Below, piece after piece: positions 53,173 through 62,751 of a stretch of 62,760 nt of DNA. Under the pieces are notes generated by a model. The model was given only the letters and a program-made list of their open reading frames with translations. It searched no databases and was not told the DNA's origin. This stretch comes from an uncultured Staphylococcaceae bacterium (GTDB taxonomy: Bacteria > Bacillota_I > Bacilli_A > RFN20 > CAG-826), in NCBI GenBank assembly GCA_964369015.1, contig CAYJDS010000001.1, forward strand, positions 1 through 62,760, read 5' to 3'. Within the stretch, counting starts at the first letter, position 1. Every line of letters starts with the position of its first letter. The position numbers and the translations under genes are program-made.

Positions 53173-54792
53173 TCACATTGATTTAGGGGCATTAACTCCG
53201 AGGAGGAATAATGCATCTTTTAATACTATTTGGGCGGCTTTTGCTAGCCCAAGGCGCGCTTTTGTGAGCGTAGTGTTACTTTCATCGAGCATGCGGGCTT
53301 CGGTGTAATAAGTATGAATGAGACTAGCAATTTTTTGGACGTAATTAGCAACTTTATACGGTTCCCGAGTAATGGTCGCCTCCGCAACCATCCCTGGGTA
53401 AGCCACAAGCTGTTTCATTAAATTAAGCTCCGCTGGTTCTTTTAAGAGCGTGCCACTAAAGTCAAAGCCAAAGTGAGCGCCTTTTTCTAAAACCGAGACG
53501 AGGCGAGCGTGAGCGTACTGAGCATAAAAGACCGGATTTGCATTTGATTTTTCGGCTGCTAAATTAAGGTCAAAATCAAAATGTGTCGAAGCTGACTTAG
53601 CAAGAAAGAAGTAACGGGCGGCGTCAACGCCAATGTCTTCGACGAGTTCTTCTAAAGTAATAGCGTTACCAGTTCTTTTACTCATTTTAAGTTCTTCGCC
53701 GTCTTTGATAATCCGAACAAGTTGAATAATTTCAACTTCTAAGCTTGAGGCGTCATACTTAAACATTTGTAAAGCGGCTTTCATCCGTCCAATATAACCA
53801 TGATGATCAGCGCCTAATAAATCAATTAAAAGATCTGCGCCTCGATTTAACTTATCAAGGTGATAAGCGATATCTGGCAAAAAGTAAGTATAGTCACCAT
53901 TAGCCTTAATAATAACGCGGTCTTTATCATCCCCAAAGTCACTTGTTTTTAAGAAGGTCGCGCCTTCACTTACATAACTAAAAGGTTTTAATTTAAGGAG
54001 TAATTGTTCAATAGTATTATCTTGACGAATTTTAGTTTCAAAAGAATATACATCAAAAATGACGCGAAAAGTTGCTAAATCGTCTTTGATAATATTTAAA
54101 AGTATGTCACTGCCGTGTTTAGCAAAAAATTGGAGTGCTTCTTCTTTTTTATTAACTAAGCTTGCGCCAATTTCTGCTTTTAAAGTTTCCGAAATCGCAA
54201 TTAGATCTTTGCTAAAATAACCGTCTTCGGGCATTCCTTGATCAATTCCGCAAAGATTTAAGTATCGGACATATAAAGATTTGCCTAAGTTATTAATTTG
54301 AACCCCAGCGTCATTAACATAAAATTCTTTAATAACGTTATAGCCAGATTTTTTAAAAAGCCGCGCCATTGTGTCGCCAACTGCGGCACCACGGGCGTGT
54401 CCTAAATGAAGTTTTCCAGTTGGGTTTGCACTAACAAATTCAATGTTAATTGTTTCTTTTTTCGGCGTTCCATTACCAAAGTTTTCTTTTTCATCAATGA
54501 TTGTTTGGATATATTTAGTTAAGGCGGTCGGTTTTAAAAAGAAATTAATAAAGCCCGGTCCGGCAATTTCAATTTTTTCAATGTCTTTATCATTTATTTT
54601 ATTTACTAAGAGTGTTGCTACTTCTCGCGGGTTTTTACGAAGTGGGCGGGCTAGTTGCATCGCAATGTTTGTTGCAAAATCACCATGTTTTTCGTCTTTA
54701 CTCGTTTCAATGACAATTTGGTCAACGTCCACTGCGTATCCCACCTCATCACTTGCTTTGGCAATTAATGCTTTTAAGTACTTTTCAATCAT
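53173..54792 (-). CDS. argS: Arginine--tRNA ligase
   Basis: HIGH-type motif ANPTGKLHLGHARG and an MSKRTG (KMSKS-like) motif. 539 aa. Confidence 0.95.
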   Translation of the reverse strand: MIEKYLKALIAKASDEVGYAVDVDQIVIETSKDEKHGDFATNIAMQLARPLRKNPREVATLLVNKINDKDIEKIEIAGPGFINFFLKPTALTKYIQTIIDEKENFGNGTPKKETINIEFVSANPTGKLHLGHARGAAVGDTMARLFKKSGYNVIKEFYVNDAGVQINNLGKSLYVRYLNLCGIDQGMPEDGYFSKDLIAISETLKAEIGASLVNKKEEALQFFAKHGSDILLNIIKDDLATFRVIFDVYSFETKIRQDNTIEQLLLKLKPFSYVSEGATFLKTSDFGDDKDRVIIKANGDYTYFLPDIAYHLDKLNRGADLLIDLLGADHHGYIGRMKAALQMFKYDASSLEVEIIQLVRIIKDGEELKMSKRTGNAITLEELVEDIGVDAARYFFLAKSASTHFDFDLNLAAEKSNANPVFYAQYAHARLVSVLEKGAHFGFDFSGTLLKEPAELNLMKQLVAYPGMVAEATITREPYKVANYVQKIASLIHTYYTEARMLDESNTTLTKARLGLAKAAQIVLKDALFLLGVNAPKSM

Positions 54793-54852
54793 TCCCTGTC
54801 CTCAGTCTATTTAGTATACTTTATATAAAGTATATATTAAAGCGATTTTCCT

Positions 54853-55968
54853 TTATTTTCGCACATTAAAGCGGAAAAAGACAATATCGCCGTCTTCCAT
54901 GCTGTATTGCTTGCCTTCACTGCGTAATTTTCCAGCTTCCTTAATCGCAGTTTCGTCATGATACTTAACAAAGTCTTCATAATGATAGACGTCCGCGCGA
55001 ATAAAGCCTTTTTCAAAGTCAGTGTGAATTACTCCCGCGCATTCCGGTGCTTTCATACCTCTTGTAAAAGTCCAGGCCCTTACTTCGTCTTTACCAACGG
55101 TAAAGAAAGAAGATAAACCAAGCGTTTGATAAGCTACGTCACTAATTTTATGAAGCCCCGATTTATCAATCCCAAGTTCTTTAAAATATTGCTCTTGGTC
55201 GTCTTTTGCCATCCGCGAAAGTTCAGCTTCAAGCGCGGCACTGACCACTACTACTTCGGCTTTTTCGCGCTTTGCTATTTCCGCGACGGCTTGATAATCT
55301 TTGTTACTTTCGTAAGTTGTATATTCGGAATCACTAATATTAGCGAGGTAAATTATTGGTTTGATCGTTAGTAAGCCATAATTTTCTTTAATATACTTAA
55401 TTTCTTGGTCATTTAAGTCTTCAACAAGTCGGGCTGGAACTTCGTTTTCTAATTTTGGAAGCAGTTTATTAATGATACTCATTTCAAAAATCGCTTCTTT
55501 TTCTTTATTAACTCGTGCTTTTGTTTCAACTTTGCCGACCCGTTTATAAAGGGTATCTAAGTCTTTCATAATTAGTTCAAGATTAATCGTGGCAATATCT
55601 CGCGCAGCATTAATACTTTCTTCAACGTGAATAATGTCAATATCACTAAAACAACGGACGACTTCAATAATAACGTCACATTCGCGAATATGGGCTAAGA
55701 ATTGATTACCAAGTCCTTCCCCTTTATTGGCCCCTCTAACAAGCCCCGCAATATCATTAAATTCAATTGTGGCGTAAATTGTTCTTTCGGGGTGATAATA
55801 TTCACTCAGAGCTTTGACGCGTTCGTCTAAAACACGGACAATGCCTTTATTGGGGTTAATGGTTGCAAACGGATAATTTGCAGCTTCAACGTTACTGGCG
55901 GTTAACGCATTAAATAGCGTCGACTTGCCAACGTTCGGTAATCCAACAATTCCCACACTAAGTGCCAT
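54853..55968 (-). CDS. ychF: Ribosome-binding ATPase YchF
   Basis: GLPNVGKSTLFNALT, the DIAGLV G3 motif and a C-terminal TGS-like domain. Confidence 0.95.
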   Translation of the reverse strand: MALSVGIVGLPNVGKSTLFNALTASNVEAANYPFATINPNKGIVRVLDERVKALSEYYHPERTIYATIEFNDIAGLVRGANKGEGLGNQFLAHIRECDVIIEVVRCFSDIDIIHVEESINAARDIATINLELIMKDLDTLYKRVGKVETKARVNKEKEAIFEMSIINKLLPKLENEVPARLVEDLNDQEIKYIKENYGLLTIKPIIYLANISDSEYTTYESNKDYQAVAEIAKREKAEVVVVSAALEAELSRMAKDDQEQYFKELGIDKSGLHKISDVAYQTLGLSSFFTVGKDEVRAWTFTRGMKAPECAGVIHTDFEKGFIRADVYHYEDFVKYHDETAIKEAGKLRSEGKQYSMEDGDIVFFRFNVRK

Positions 55969-56002
55969 AGATGCTCCTTTTTTCGTCGATGTATTATAGC
56001 GC

Positions 56003-56019
56003 GCTTCTTATTAAGAAGC
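56003..56019. promoter_or_regulatory. 17-bp perfect palindrome GCTTCTTA-T-TAAGAAGC at the -35 position of the ychF promoter
   Basis: Read directly. TATAAT on the minus strand at 55993-55998. Confidence 0.3.
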
Positions 56020-56036
56020 AATAAAAAAAACTAAAA

Positions 56037-56066
56037 GAAAAAAGACCCTCTTCAACAGATAGGTCT
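56037..56066 (-). terminator. Terminator after csp
   Basis: AGACC / GGTCT stem, followed on the minus strand by T6. Confidence 0.5.
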
Positions 56067-56090
56067 CTTCTTTGTTAATTACTCGTGGAG

Positions 56091-56288
56091 TTAAATTTTA
56101 ACAATGTTCGCAGCTCTTAGTCCGCGGTCTGATTGTTCTAAATCAAATTCTACTTCTTGCCCAGAGGAAATGGTTTTAAAGCCTTCCATTACAAGCGATG
56201 AGTAGTGGAAAAAGACGTCACTGCCGTCTTCGCTATGAATAAAGCCGAAACCTTTTTCCTTGTTGAACATTTTAATAGTGCCCTTCAT
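56091..56288 (-). CDS. csp: Cold-shock protein (CspA family)
   Basis: Start moved to MKGTIKMFNKEKGFGFI. RNP1-like KGFGFI and RNP2-like VFFHY motifs. 65 aa. Confidence 0.9.
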   Translation of the reverse strand: MKGTIKMFNKEKGFGFIHSEDGSDVFFHYSSLVMEGFKTISSGQEVEFDLEQSDRGLRAANIVKI

Positions 56289-56405
56289 CAATAATCCTTC
56301 CCTGACTTCTTGTCTTCTCGACTTGTCGTCTAATTTGTGCTTAAACACAATAATGATTATAACAACAATAAATTTAATAACAAGTAAAAGTGATTAAAAA
56401 ACCGT

Positions 56406-56430
56406 TAATGTTTGAATAATGTTTGAATAA
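56406..56430. repeat. Tandem 11-bp direct repeat TAATGTTTGAA x2 plus a partial third copy
   Basis: Read directly. Lies in the divergent csp / gntR intergenic region, upstream of a csp TTGTTA-16-TATAAT promoter. Confidence 0.8.
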
Positions 56431-56485
56431 TCTTTCATAGCATCCTTATTATTAACCGCTAAGTAATATTTAGTTGAACTTCTTA

Positions 56486-56506
56486 CAATTAAAATTGAAT
56501 TAATTG
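56486..56506. promoter_or_regulatory. 7-7-7 inverted repeat CAATTAA-N7-TTAATTG; candidate GntR/YtrA-type operator
   Basis: Read directly, about 40 nt upstream of the gntR ATG. Confidence 0.3.
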
Positions 56507-56547
56507 GTGGTTTAAGATACGATTAATACAGTTAGGACAGATATATT

Positions 56548-56907
56548 ATGATTACTTTAAACAACAATGCCCCCATTTATGAGCAAATTATTAATCAGTT
56601 TTCTTTACTAATAGACGCGGGTGTTTTAAATGTAGAAGAAAAAATGCCTTCGGTTCGTGAACTAGCAATTGAGTTAGGCATAAATCCCAATACAGTCTTA
56701 CGGAGTTATTTAGAGTTAGAAAAAAGAGGATACATCACCGCTTCGCCAAAACGTGGCTATTACGTTCGGATGCGCAAGATCAAGAAAGAAGATGTTGTAA
56801 CCAATAAGGTCTTAGAATTAATTGCTCTTGCGCGCGATAACGATGTTGGACGGGAAACACTAAAAGCGCTTGTTGAAAAAAATTATGAGGATAAAGATAA
56901 TGATTAA
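56548..56907 (+). CDS. GntR-family (YtrA-subfamily, short) transcriptional regulator
   Basis: Winged-helix block MPSVRELAIELGINPNTVLRSYLELEKRGYI. 119 aa with a short C-terminal helix pair. Confidence 0.85.
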   Translation: MITLNNNAPIYEQIINQFSLLIDAGVLNVEEKMPSVRELAIELGINPNTVLRSYLELEKRGYITASPKRGYYVRMRKIKKEDVVTNKVLELIALARDNDVGRETLKALVEKNYEDKDND

Positions 56908-57775
56908 GATTAAAAATGTTTCAAAAAAGTATGATGGGAAACTGGCTCTTGATGAAGTTTCTTTTAGTCTTGGCGAAAGTGAAATTTTAGCGCTAGTAGG
57001 CGAAAACGGCAGCGGTAAATCAACGCTGCTGCGCCTACTGGCTGGAGTATATAAAGCCGACGCGGGAAGCTTAACTTTTAATGAGCAAGTGATTTACGAT
57101 AATCCTGAAGTAAAGCAACATATGCTCTATATTAGTGACTCCCCTTTCAGTGGACCAATGACGACAGTTGATGACTTAGTGCTTTATTACTCCTCTTTTT
57201 ATAAATTTGATAAAGCCTTATTTAAAGAATACTTAATTAAGTTTGAAGTAAATGAAAATAAATTACTTTCGAAGTTTTCAAAAGGGATGCGTCGAAGGGT
57301 ATATTTGTGTGTTGCGCTGACAATAGCGCCTTCTTTTCTGCTTTTAGATGAAGCTTTTGACGGACTTGATCCGCGCGGAAAAATGCTTTTTAAACAAGAA
57401 TTCATCAAGGTAAGTGAAACAAAACCAATCGCACTTGTTATTGCTACGCAGTCGCTGCGTGACGTTGAAGATATTGCTGATTCTTACGTCATTTTGAAAA
57501 AAGGTATTATTACCCGCTACGGAGAGTTAAGCAAGATTAAGGAAGATTACCATAGTTATATGCTGGCTTTTAAAGAAGTAGTGGACACTAGTAAATTCAC
57601 TAGTCCGCTGCTTCTCTCTTTCACGGGAAAAGAAAAAATATATTCTCTTATCTTAAAAGGAACACAAACTGAGGTTGAAGCATATATTAATACCTTAAAT
57701 CCTATTGTTTGTGAAAAACTTAATTTAACCTTCGAACAACTCTTTATAAGCGAAGGAGGCGTGAACCATGAATAA
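56900..57775 (+). CDS. ABC transporter ATP-binding protein (YtrB-like)
   Basis: Start set at MIKIKNVSKKY (GAGGA RBS), overlapping the gntR stop. Walker A GENGSGKST, signature FSKGMRRR, Walker B LLLDEAFDGLD. Confidence 0.85.
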   Translation: MIKIKNVSKKYDGKLALDEVSFSLGESEILALVGENGSGKSTLLRLLAGVYKADAGSLTFNEQVIYDNPEVKQHMLYISDSPFSGPMTTVDDLVLYYSSFYKFDKALFKEYLIKFEVNENKLLSKFSKGMRRRVYLCVALTIAPSFLLLDEAFDGLDPRGKMLFKQEFIKVSETKPIALVIATQSLRDVEDIADSYVILKKGIITRYGELSKIKEDYHSYMLAFKEVVDTSKFTSPLLLSFTGKEKIYSLILKGTQTEVEAYINTLNPIVCEKLNLTFEQLFISEGGVNHE

Positions 57776-58922
57776 AATATATTTTCTCTATTTACTAAAA
57801 AAGCATTATAAAATGATCTTGCTTTTAGCAATTATTTCGCTCTTTTTTCTCCCTCTGACCGCGCTTACCACAATAGTTGAGCTTGCGGATATGAGTCGTT
57901 TCCTTTGTTATGAGATTGTTCCCAACATTGAAGTCCCGTTTTACATTACCGCCTTATACTCGTTTGGTCTTCATACCGTTGTTACGCTTCTTCTAGCCTT
58001 CCTTATTCCGTTTTTTATGCACAATTCATTTTACAATCGCAATCAATTAGACGCAGATTTAGCGCTGCCGATTAAAAAGTGGCAAATAGCGACCACTAAT
58101 TTTGTCTTTGGAGTTCTAATACTTATTGCCATTAGCCTCTTCTCCTTCATCGTCGGCTTTAGTATTTACGCACTTAAAGGCTTGCCGTTTCATTTTGGAA
58201 TCTTATTACTTTATTTCTTAGTCACAATCATTATTGCTCTTTTTATGTATATCCTTGTTTATTTTGGCCTTTCATTTGTTCATACTACGCTTGACGCTTT
58301 TATGCTTTTTGGCTTAATAATGCTTTTACCAATCTTTTTCGGTGGCACGATTAGTATGAATTTTGGCGCTAGTTCAAATGGTTTTGCTTATAAGCTTGAA
58401 CAATTTGTTTACTTGTTTAATCCAATTCCGTTAGCGGTAAGCGTTCAAAGTTATTTTAGAAACGCCATCGTTATTCAGCCCGCTGGGTTAGAACTAAAGA
58501 TCGCCCAGTTAGCGGCACTAGGTTGTGATGGAGGAAAATATTATGTTCTTTACTTTGACCCCGTCTGGCCTCTTAATGCTACGCCGATGTTAATAATCTA
58601 CCCTATTATTGGCGGCGGTTTATCCTACTTAACAATCCGGCGGATTGTCACTGATAAAGCCGAATTTGCCGGAACTAAAGAAACCGCGCCACATTTAATA
58701 TATTACGGCATTATCATTATTGCCTTTCTTGCCTTTGTGACCTTAATTGATTTTAATGAATCGCTCTCCATCTTCTTCAGCGCCTTTATCATCACGAGTT
58801 ACTTCGTTGCAATGTTTATTAATGCTCGGAAGATAACCATAAATAAGAGAATTCTTATTCCCTTTGCTGTGATCACAATTGTGGCTATTATATTTAAAGT
58901 TATAATTCATCTTACTTCATAA
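57768..58922 (+). CDS. Polytopic membrane protein, presumed permease partner
   Basis: About 9-10 TM segments. Overlaps the ATPase gene by 8 nt. Confidence 0.6.
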   Translation: MNKIYFLYLLKKHYKMILLLAIISLFFLPLTALTTIVELADMSRFLCYEIVPNIEVPFYITALYSFGLHTVVTLLLAFLIPFFMHNSFYNRNQLDADLALPIKKWQIATTNFVFGVLILIAISLFSFIVGFSIYALKGLPFHFGILLLYFLVTIIIALFMYILVYFGLSFVHTTLDAFMLFGLIMLLPIFFGGTISMNFGASSNGFAYKLEQFVYLFNPIPLAVSVQSYFRNAIVIQPAGLELKIAQLAALGCDGGKYYVLYFDPVWPLNATPMLIIYPIIGGGLSYLTIRRIVTDKAEFAGTKETAPHLIYYGIIIIAFLAFVTLIDFNESLSIFFSAFIITSYFVAMFINARKITINKRILIPFAVITIVAIIFKVIIHLTS

Positions 58923-61598
58923 GTCACGCTTTGAAAAAACGAGTAAATCTTTGTTCTTAACTCTTCCTTTAAAGAAGCCAAGCAAGACAAAAAGTAGGCT
59001 AAGGGCAAAAGTCACGACAACGAAATAAGGCAATATTTCAAAGTGGTATTTAAAAGGCGTTAAGAAAGTTTCGCTTAAAATATATTCAATTAAAAACGAA
59101 AATAAAAACATTTGACCTAAAGATAGCAAAATATTTAGTCCAAGAAATCTTTTAATGTAGTCTTTGATTATTTTTTGGAGAGTCTTCTTCGCGTAGCCAA
59201 TTAAGTAGAGCCCACTGAATTCTTCGTTTAACTCAGCGACAAGAAGATAAATAACCATAAAGATAATAATGGTACTTAAGGCAAAAGCAGCGGCCGCAAT
59301 CACAAGCGTATAGTTTTGGAGTTCTTTTAAAGAAGAATCAAGCGAAGTTTTAAATTCTTTAAAAGGATAGGTTACTTTAAGTTTAGTGTCGATAATTTCC
59401 CCTTCTTCAACTATTACGCCATTAAGGCGTAGTGAAAAAACGTCAAGCGCAAAAACATCTTTAAAAAGCAGATAACTCCATAAGGGATGATGATAGAGCA
59501 TACTTCGCTCCTCATTAATCACCTCTTTAATGACAAGACTAGTTTCCGAATAGTCTTTTTGATATTCATTATTAATTTCACTAATGGCTGTGAGGGCACC
59601 AAGATGGAGCACTTCTCCAACAACATCAGTTTTATTAAATAACTCTTTTGCCAACCCGCTTGAAATCCCTATTTCATTAAGTGAATAATCACTTGGCACC
59701 TTTGCAAAACGAAAACTACCAAGTCCGTTATATTGAATGGCTAAATTAATAATCCCTTCTGGAAGCGCGAAGTGGGGACGGCTTTTAAGTCGTTCGTTTT
59801 TATCAAGCGTGATAACGTCTGTGACTAGTTCAGGGGAAGGAGAGAGGAAAAAATTATAAAGATAACCGACCATCATCATTTCCGGAATAAAGGTTAAACC
59901 ATTATTAAAAGTAAAAAAAGATGAAGCATTACTAAAGCTTAATACTTCATTAAAGTGCGGTGGAGCTTCAAAGATTAAAATCCGATTTTGTAATGCCCTT
60001 TTGTTGAATATATGACGGAAATAAGACCGATTTGCGAGTGTAACAAGATAGTTTTGGTTTTGTGATAATTCCCAAAGAATTTTTTCAGCATTAACGGAAT
60101 AAAGATAATTAATCCGTTTTAGTGTCCACGGATACTCTTCTTCTTTGGTTAAGTTAAGCGAAGAAGGTAAGCCCATTTTCTCTTCAAAAAGAAGCGCTAC
60201 ATCACTTGGTTCGCCCATGATGACATAAGGTTCAAGTCCGAGCATGACACTTTTGAGCGTAAAACTTTGTTCATCAAAATAATCCCAGGAGTTATTGCCA
60301 ATATCTAACTTTAAAACAACCTCGTTTTGTTTTAAATAGTTGCCTAATTCGTCGGGCGAGTTCCGAAAAGGAAGATAAAGCACATTTTGGATAACTTTAA
60401 AATCATCAAACGGTAAAACAAGTCCAATTTCGTCACTTGCTAAGCTCCTAATATAGGGAAAAGTCTCCTCCTTAATTTCATTAATAAAAAGTGGTTCGTT
60501 AAATAAGCCAATATGAAACGAAGGAAGTGGAAAATCATAGTTTAGAAAGGTCAAAGAAAGCTTGTTAACTGACGGGAAAAATGAAAACATATCATTTGTG
60601 TAGAGAGCGCCGACTTTAGGAGAACTAGGAAAAATAGCACCAATTTCTGTTCGACTAACACTTTTAACAACGCTTGGCGGCGGGATATTGTCCGCAGCAA
60701 CAAAACGCGTCTCTTCGGCGAATGAACCTTGAAAAGCATTGGTCATTTTTGTATTAATTGCCGAGACGAGTAAGAGTGAAAGACCAAGACTAACAATCCC
60801 AATATTAATGCTTGTTCCGGTAAATAAATTTTGGCGTTTCTTCGCTTTTAAGAGCGCTTTTGCCGTAAAATCGCTATTATTTTCGTAATCGCCTTTGAAT
60901 TGTTCGGTTTTAACGACATTTTCTTTTGGAGCATTTAATTCCTTTATTTTTACAATTTTTCCATACTCTAAACAAAGAATAACATCAGCGTATTGTTCAA
61001 TTAATTTTTGATCGTGACTTACTAAAATAACAATACTCCGTGCGGCTTTTTCTTTAATTAATTCCATTGCAATGTGGGCGTTTTGGGGATCGAGCGCAGC
61101 GGTTGGTTCGTCGAAGAGATAAAGCGGCACTTCTTTGGCAAGACTACGGGCAAGCGCTGCTCGGGTTTTTTCTCCACCGGATAACTTCTTTACTTTTTGG
61201 TTTAAGCGATGTTCAACATTTAACTTTCGCGCGAGGAGCGCCACTTTTTCACTATTAAAACTTACTAACTCACTATTCGTGTTAATAGCGGTTAATAATA
61301 TATTTTCTTCTAGCGTTAATTCTTCAAGGAAAACCGAATGTTGAAAGTAAATACTAAAGTGCGAAGCGCGAAGTCGGCAAATATCTTCCTCATTCATCTT
61401 CTTATAATTATTGTTAAAGATATTAACCGTTCCTTTATATTCTTTGGTTAGGCCCGCGATGATATTTAAAAGGGTTGTCTTCCCACATCCTGAAGGGCCA
61501 AGAAAAACATAGAGACCAGGACGGGAAAGCTGCAGCATCTTGATGTCAAGAATCCTCTCCCCACCTAAAACACAATCAATATTTTCTAGTTTAAGCAT
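58917..61598 (-). CDS. Fused ABC ATPase / FtsX-type permease (MacB-like) with large extracytoplasmic domain
   Basis: N-terminal NBD (GPSGCGKTT, LSGGEKTR, LYLFDEPTAALD), a TM, an approximately 450-aa loop, and C-terminal FtsX-like TM segments. Confidence 0.8.
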   Translation of the reverse strand: MLKLENIDCVLGGERILDIKMLQLSRPGLYVFLGPSGCGKTTLLNIIAGLTKEYKGTVNIFNNNYKKMNEEDICRLRASHFSIYFQHSVFLEELTLEENILLTAINTNSELVSFNSEKVALLARKLNVEHRLNQKVKKLSGGEKTRAALARSLAKEVPLYLFDEPTAALDPQNAHIAMELIKEKAARSIVILVSHDQKLIEQYADVILCLEYGKIVKIKELNAPKENVVKTEQFKGDYENNSDFTAKALLKAKKRQNLFTGTSINIGIVSLGLSLLLVSAINTKMTNAFQGSFAEETRFVAADNIPPPSVVKSVSRTEIGAIFPSSPKVGALYTNDMFSFFPSVNKLSLTFLNYDFPLPSFHIGLFNEPLFINEIKEETFPYIRSLASDEIGLVLPFDDFKVIQNVLYLPFRNSPDELGNYLKQNEVVLKLDIGNNSWDYFDEQSFTLKSVMLGLEPYVIMGEPSDVALLFEEKMGLPSSLNLTKEEEYPWTLKRINYLYSVNAEKILWELSQNQNYLVTLANRSYFRHIFNKRALQNRILIFEAPPHFNEVLSFSNASSFFTFNNGLTFIPEMMMVGYLYNFFLSPSPELVTDVITLDKNERLKSRPHFALPEGIINLAIQYNGLGSFRFAKVPSDYSLNEIGISSGLAKELFNKTDVVGEVLHLGALTAISEINNEYQKDYSETSLVIKEVINEERSMLYHHPLWSYLLFKDVFALDVFSLRLNGVIVEEGEIIDTKLKVTYPFKEFKTSLDSSLKELQNYTLVIAAAAFALSTIIIFMVIYLLVAELNEEFSGLYLIGYAKKTLQKIIKDYIKRFLGLNILLSLGQMFLFSFLIEYILSETFLTPFKYHFEILPYFVVVTFALSLLFVLLGFFKGRVKNKDLLVFSKRDL

Positions 61599-62751
61599 CT
61601 ATTAATAAATACAACAATGGACGGCGCATATTCACAACAAAAATAATTGTGATCGTTAGGAATAGTAATAAATAGTTTCCGGTGACGATTAATGAAACAA
61701 GCTTATAGTTAAGACTAAAGGTCAAATTAAGGAGGAGTATTTGGTAGATTAACCCACTAATTAACGGTAAAATGCCGGGAATTAAAATAACTCCGCCTAA
61801 ACCAAGGACAAAATTAAAAGTCGTTAAGGAAAGAAAAATAAAGTATATTTCACTTTTTTTAGCTCCTAATAATTTTAAGAGGGCCGCCTGGGGAAGAATT
61901 GAGATAAGCGAAGTATAAGCAACAACAAAGTAAATTACTAAACTAGCAATAACCACAAAAACAAGGAGCATGATAATTAAGATATTTAAATATTCATATA
62001 GTGCCTTGAAACTTTCAACTTTACTAACATGGTCGCCACTTATTTCTATTCCGTGATCCACTCCTTTAACATCTTCACTAATTTTAATAAACTTTTGGAG
62101 TTGATTATTATCTTTAAAGTGACACCTAAGCTTTTGACTAAGCAGTTCGTTACTTGCATTGATATTAAGGAGAAAATTGTTAAGCGTCAAGCCGGGACTA
62201 AGCATCAATGAGCCGAGTGTTTTGTCAACCACTCCTTGCGGCAAATAAAGCTTTGGTGTTTGAAAATAATTTGGTTCATTAAAAATAAAATCAACCTCAA
62301 GTGTTTCACTTAGATTAACCTCAATTACTTTTTCATTAATTGTAAAGGACGTGTTAATGTTTAGTTTTAAAACAATCTCGTCTTGATTAACACTTGTTTT
62401 TTCCGCTAAAACTTTTAAATACGCGCCGTTAATCCCGATTCCTTGCCGTGGTTCACTATAAGTAATAATCTGCGGAGTCGTAATTTTTTTATCATAAATT
62501 GTTACTTCGCTATTTTGCCAAAAGAATGAATAATCGGGCCGCACATTAAACTCTCCAGTATGAGTCATAAAGGTTTGGACATAACTTAAACTCGGTCGAG
62601 CATAGGACTTAACATTTATTAGGTCATTATTTGTTTCAACACTTTGATAAAGCGAAATATCAACACTTAAATGTTCAAAGTAACTTTGTTCAAAAACACT
62701 AATGATTGTTGCGCCTTCCGAATAGACAAGCACAAAGAGTACTAAAAACAT
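61591..62751 (-). CDS. FtsX-like permease-type membrane protein; frame stays open to the window edge, so the N-terminus may be incomplete
   Basis: Large N-terminal soluble region followed by four C-terminal TM segments (LLKLLGAKKSEIYFIF FtsX-like loop). Overlaps the downstream gene by 8 nt. No stop between 62752 and 62760. Confidence 0.55.
   Translation of the reverse strand: MFLVLFVLVYSEGATIISVFEQSYFEHLSVDISLYQSVETNNDLINVKSYARPSLSYVQTFMTHTGEFNVRPDYSFFWQNSEVTIYDKKITTPQIITYSEPRQGIGINGAYLKVLAEKTSVNQDEIVLKLNINTSFTINEKVIEVNLSETLEVDFIFNEPNYFQTPKLYLPQGVVDKTLGSLMLSPGLTLNNFLLNINASNELLSQKLRCHFKDNNQLQKFIKISEDVKGVDHGIEISGDHVSKVESFKALYEYLNILIIMLLVFVVIASLVIYFVVAYTSLISILPQAALLKLLGAKKSEIYFIFLSLTTFNFVLGLGGVILIPGILPLISGLIYQILLLNLTFSLNYKLVSLIVTGNYLLLFLTITIIFVVNMRRPLLYLLIDA

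Noticed and set aside
54793-54852. T-box leader upstream of argS
   Set aside because: The intergenic region is only about 60 nt, far too short for a T-box, and no T-box sequence is visible.
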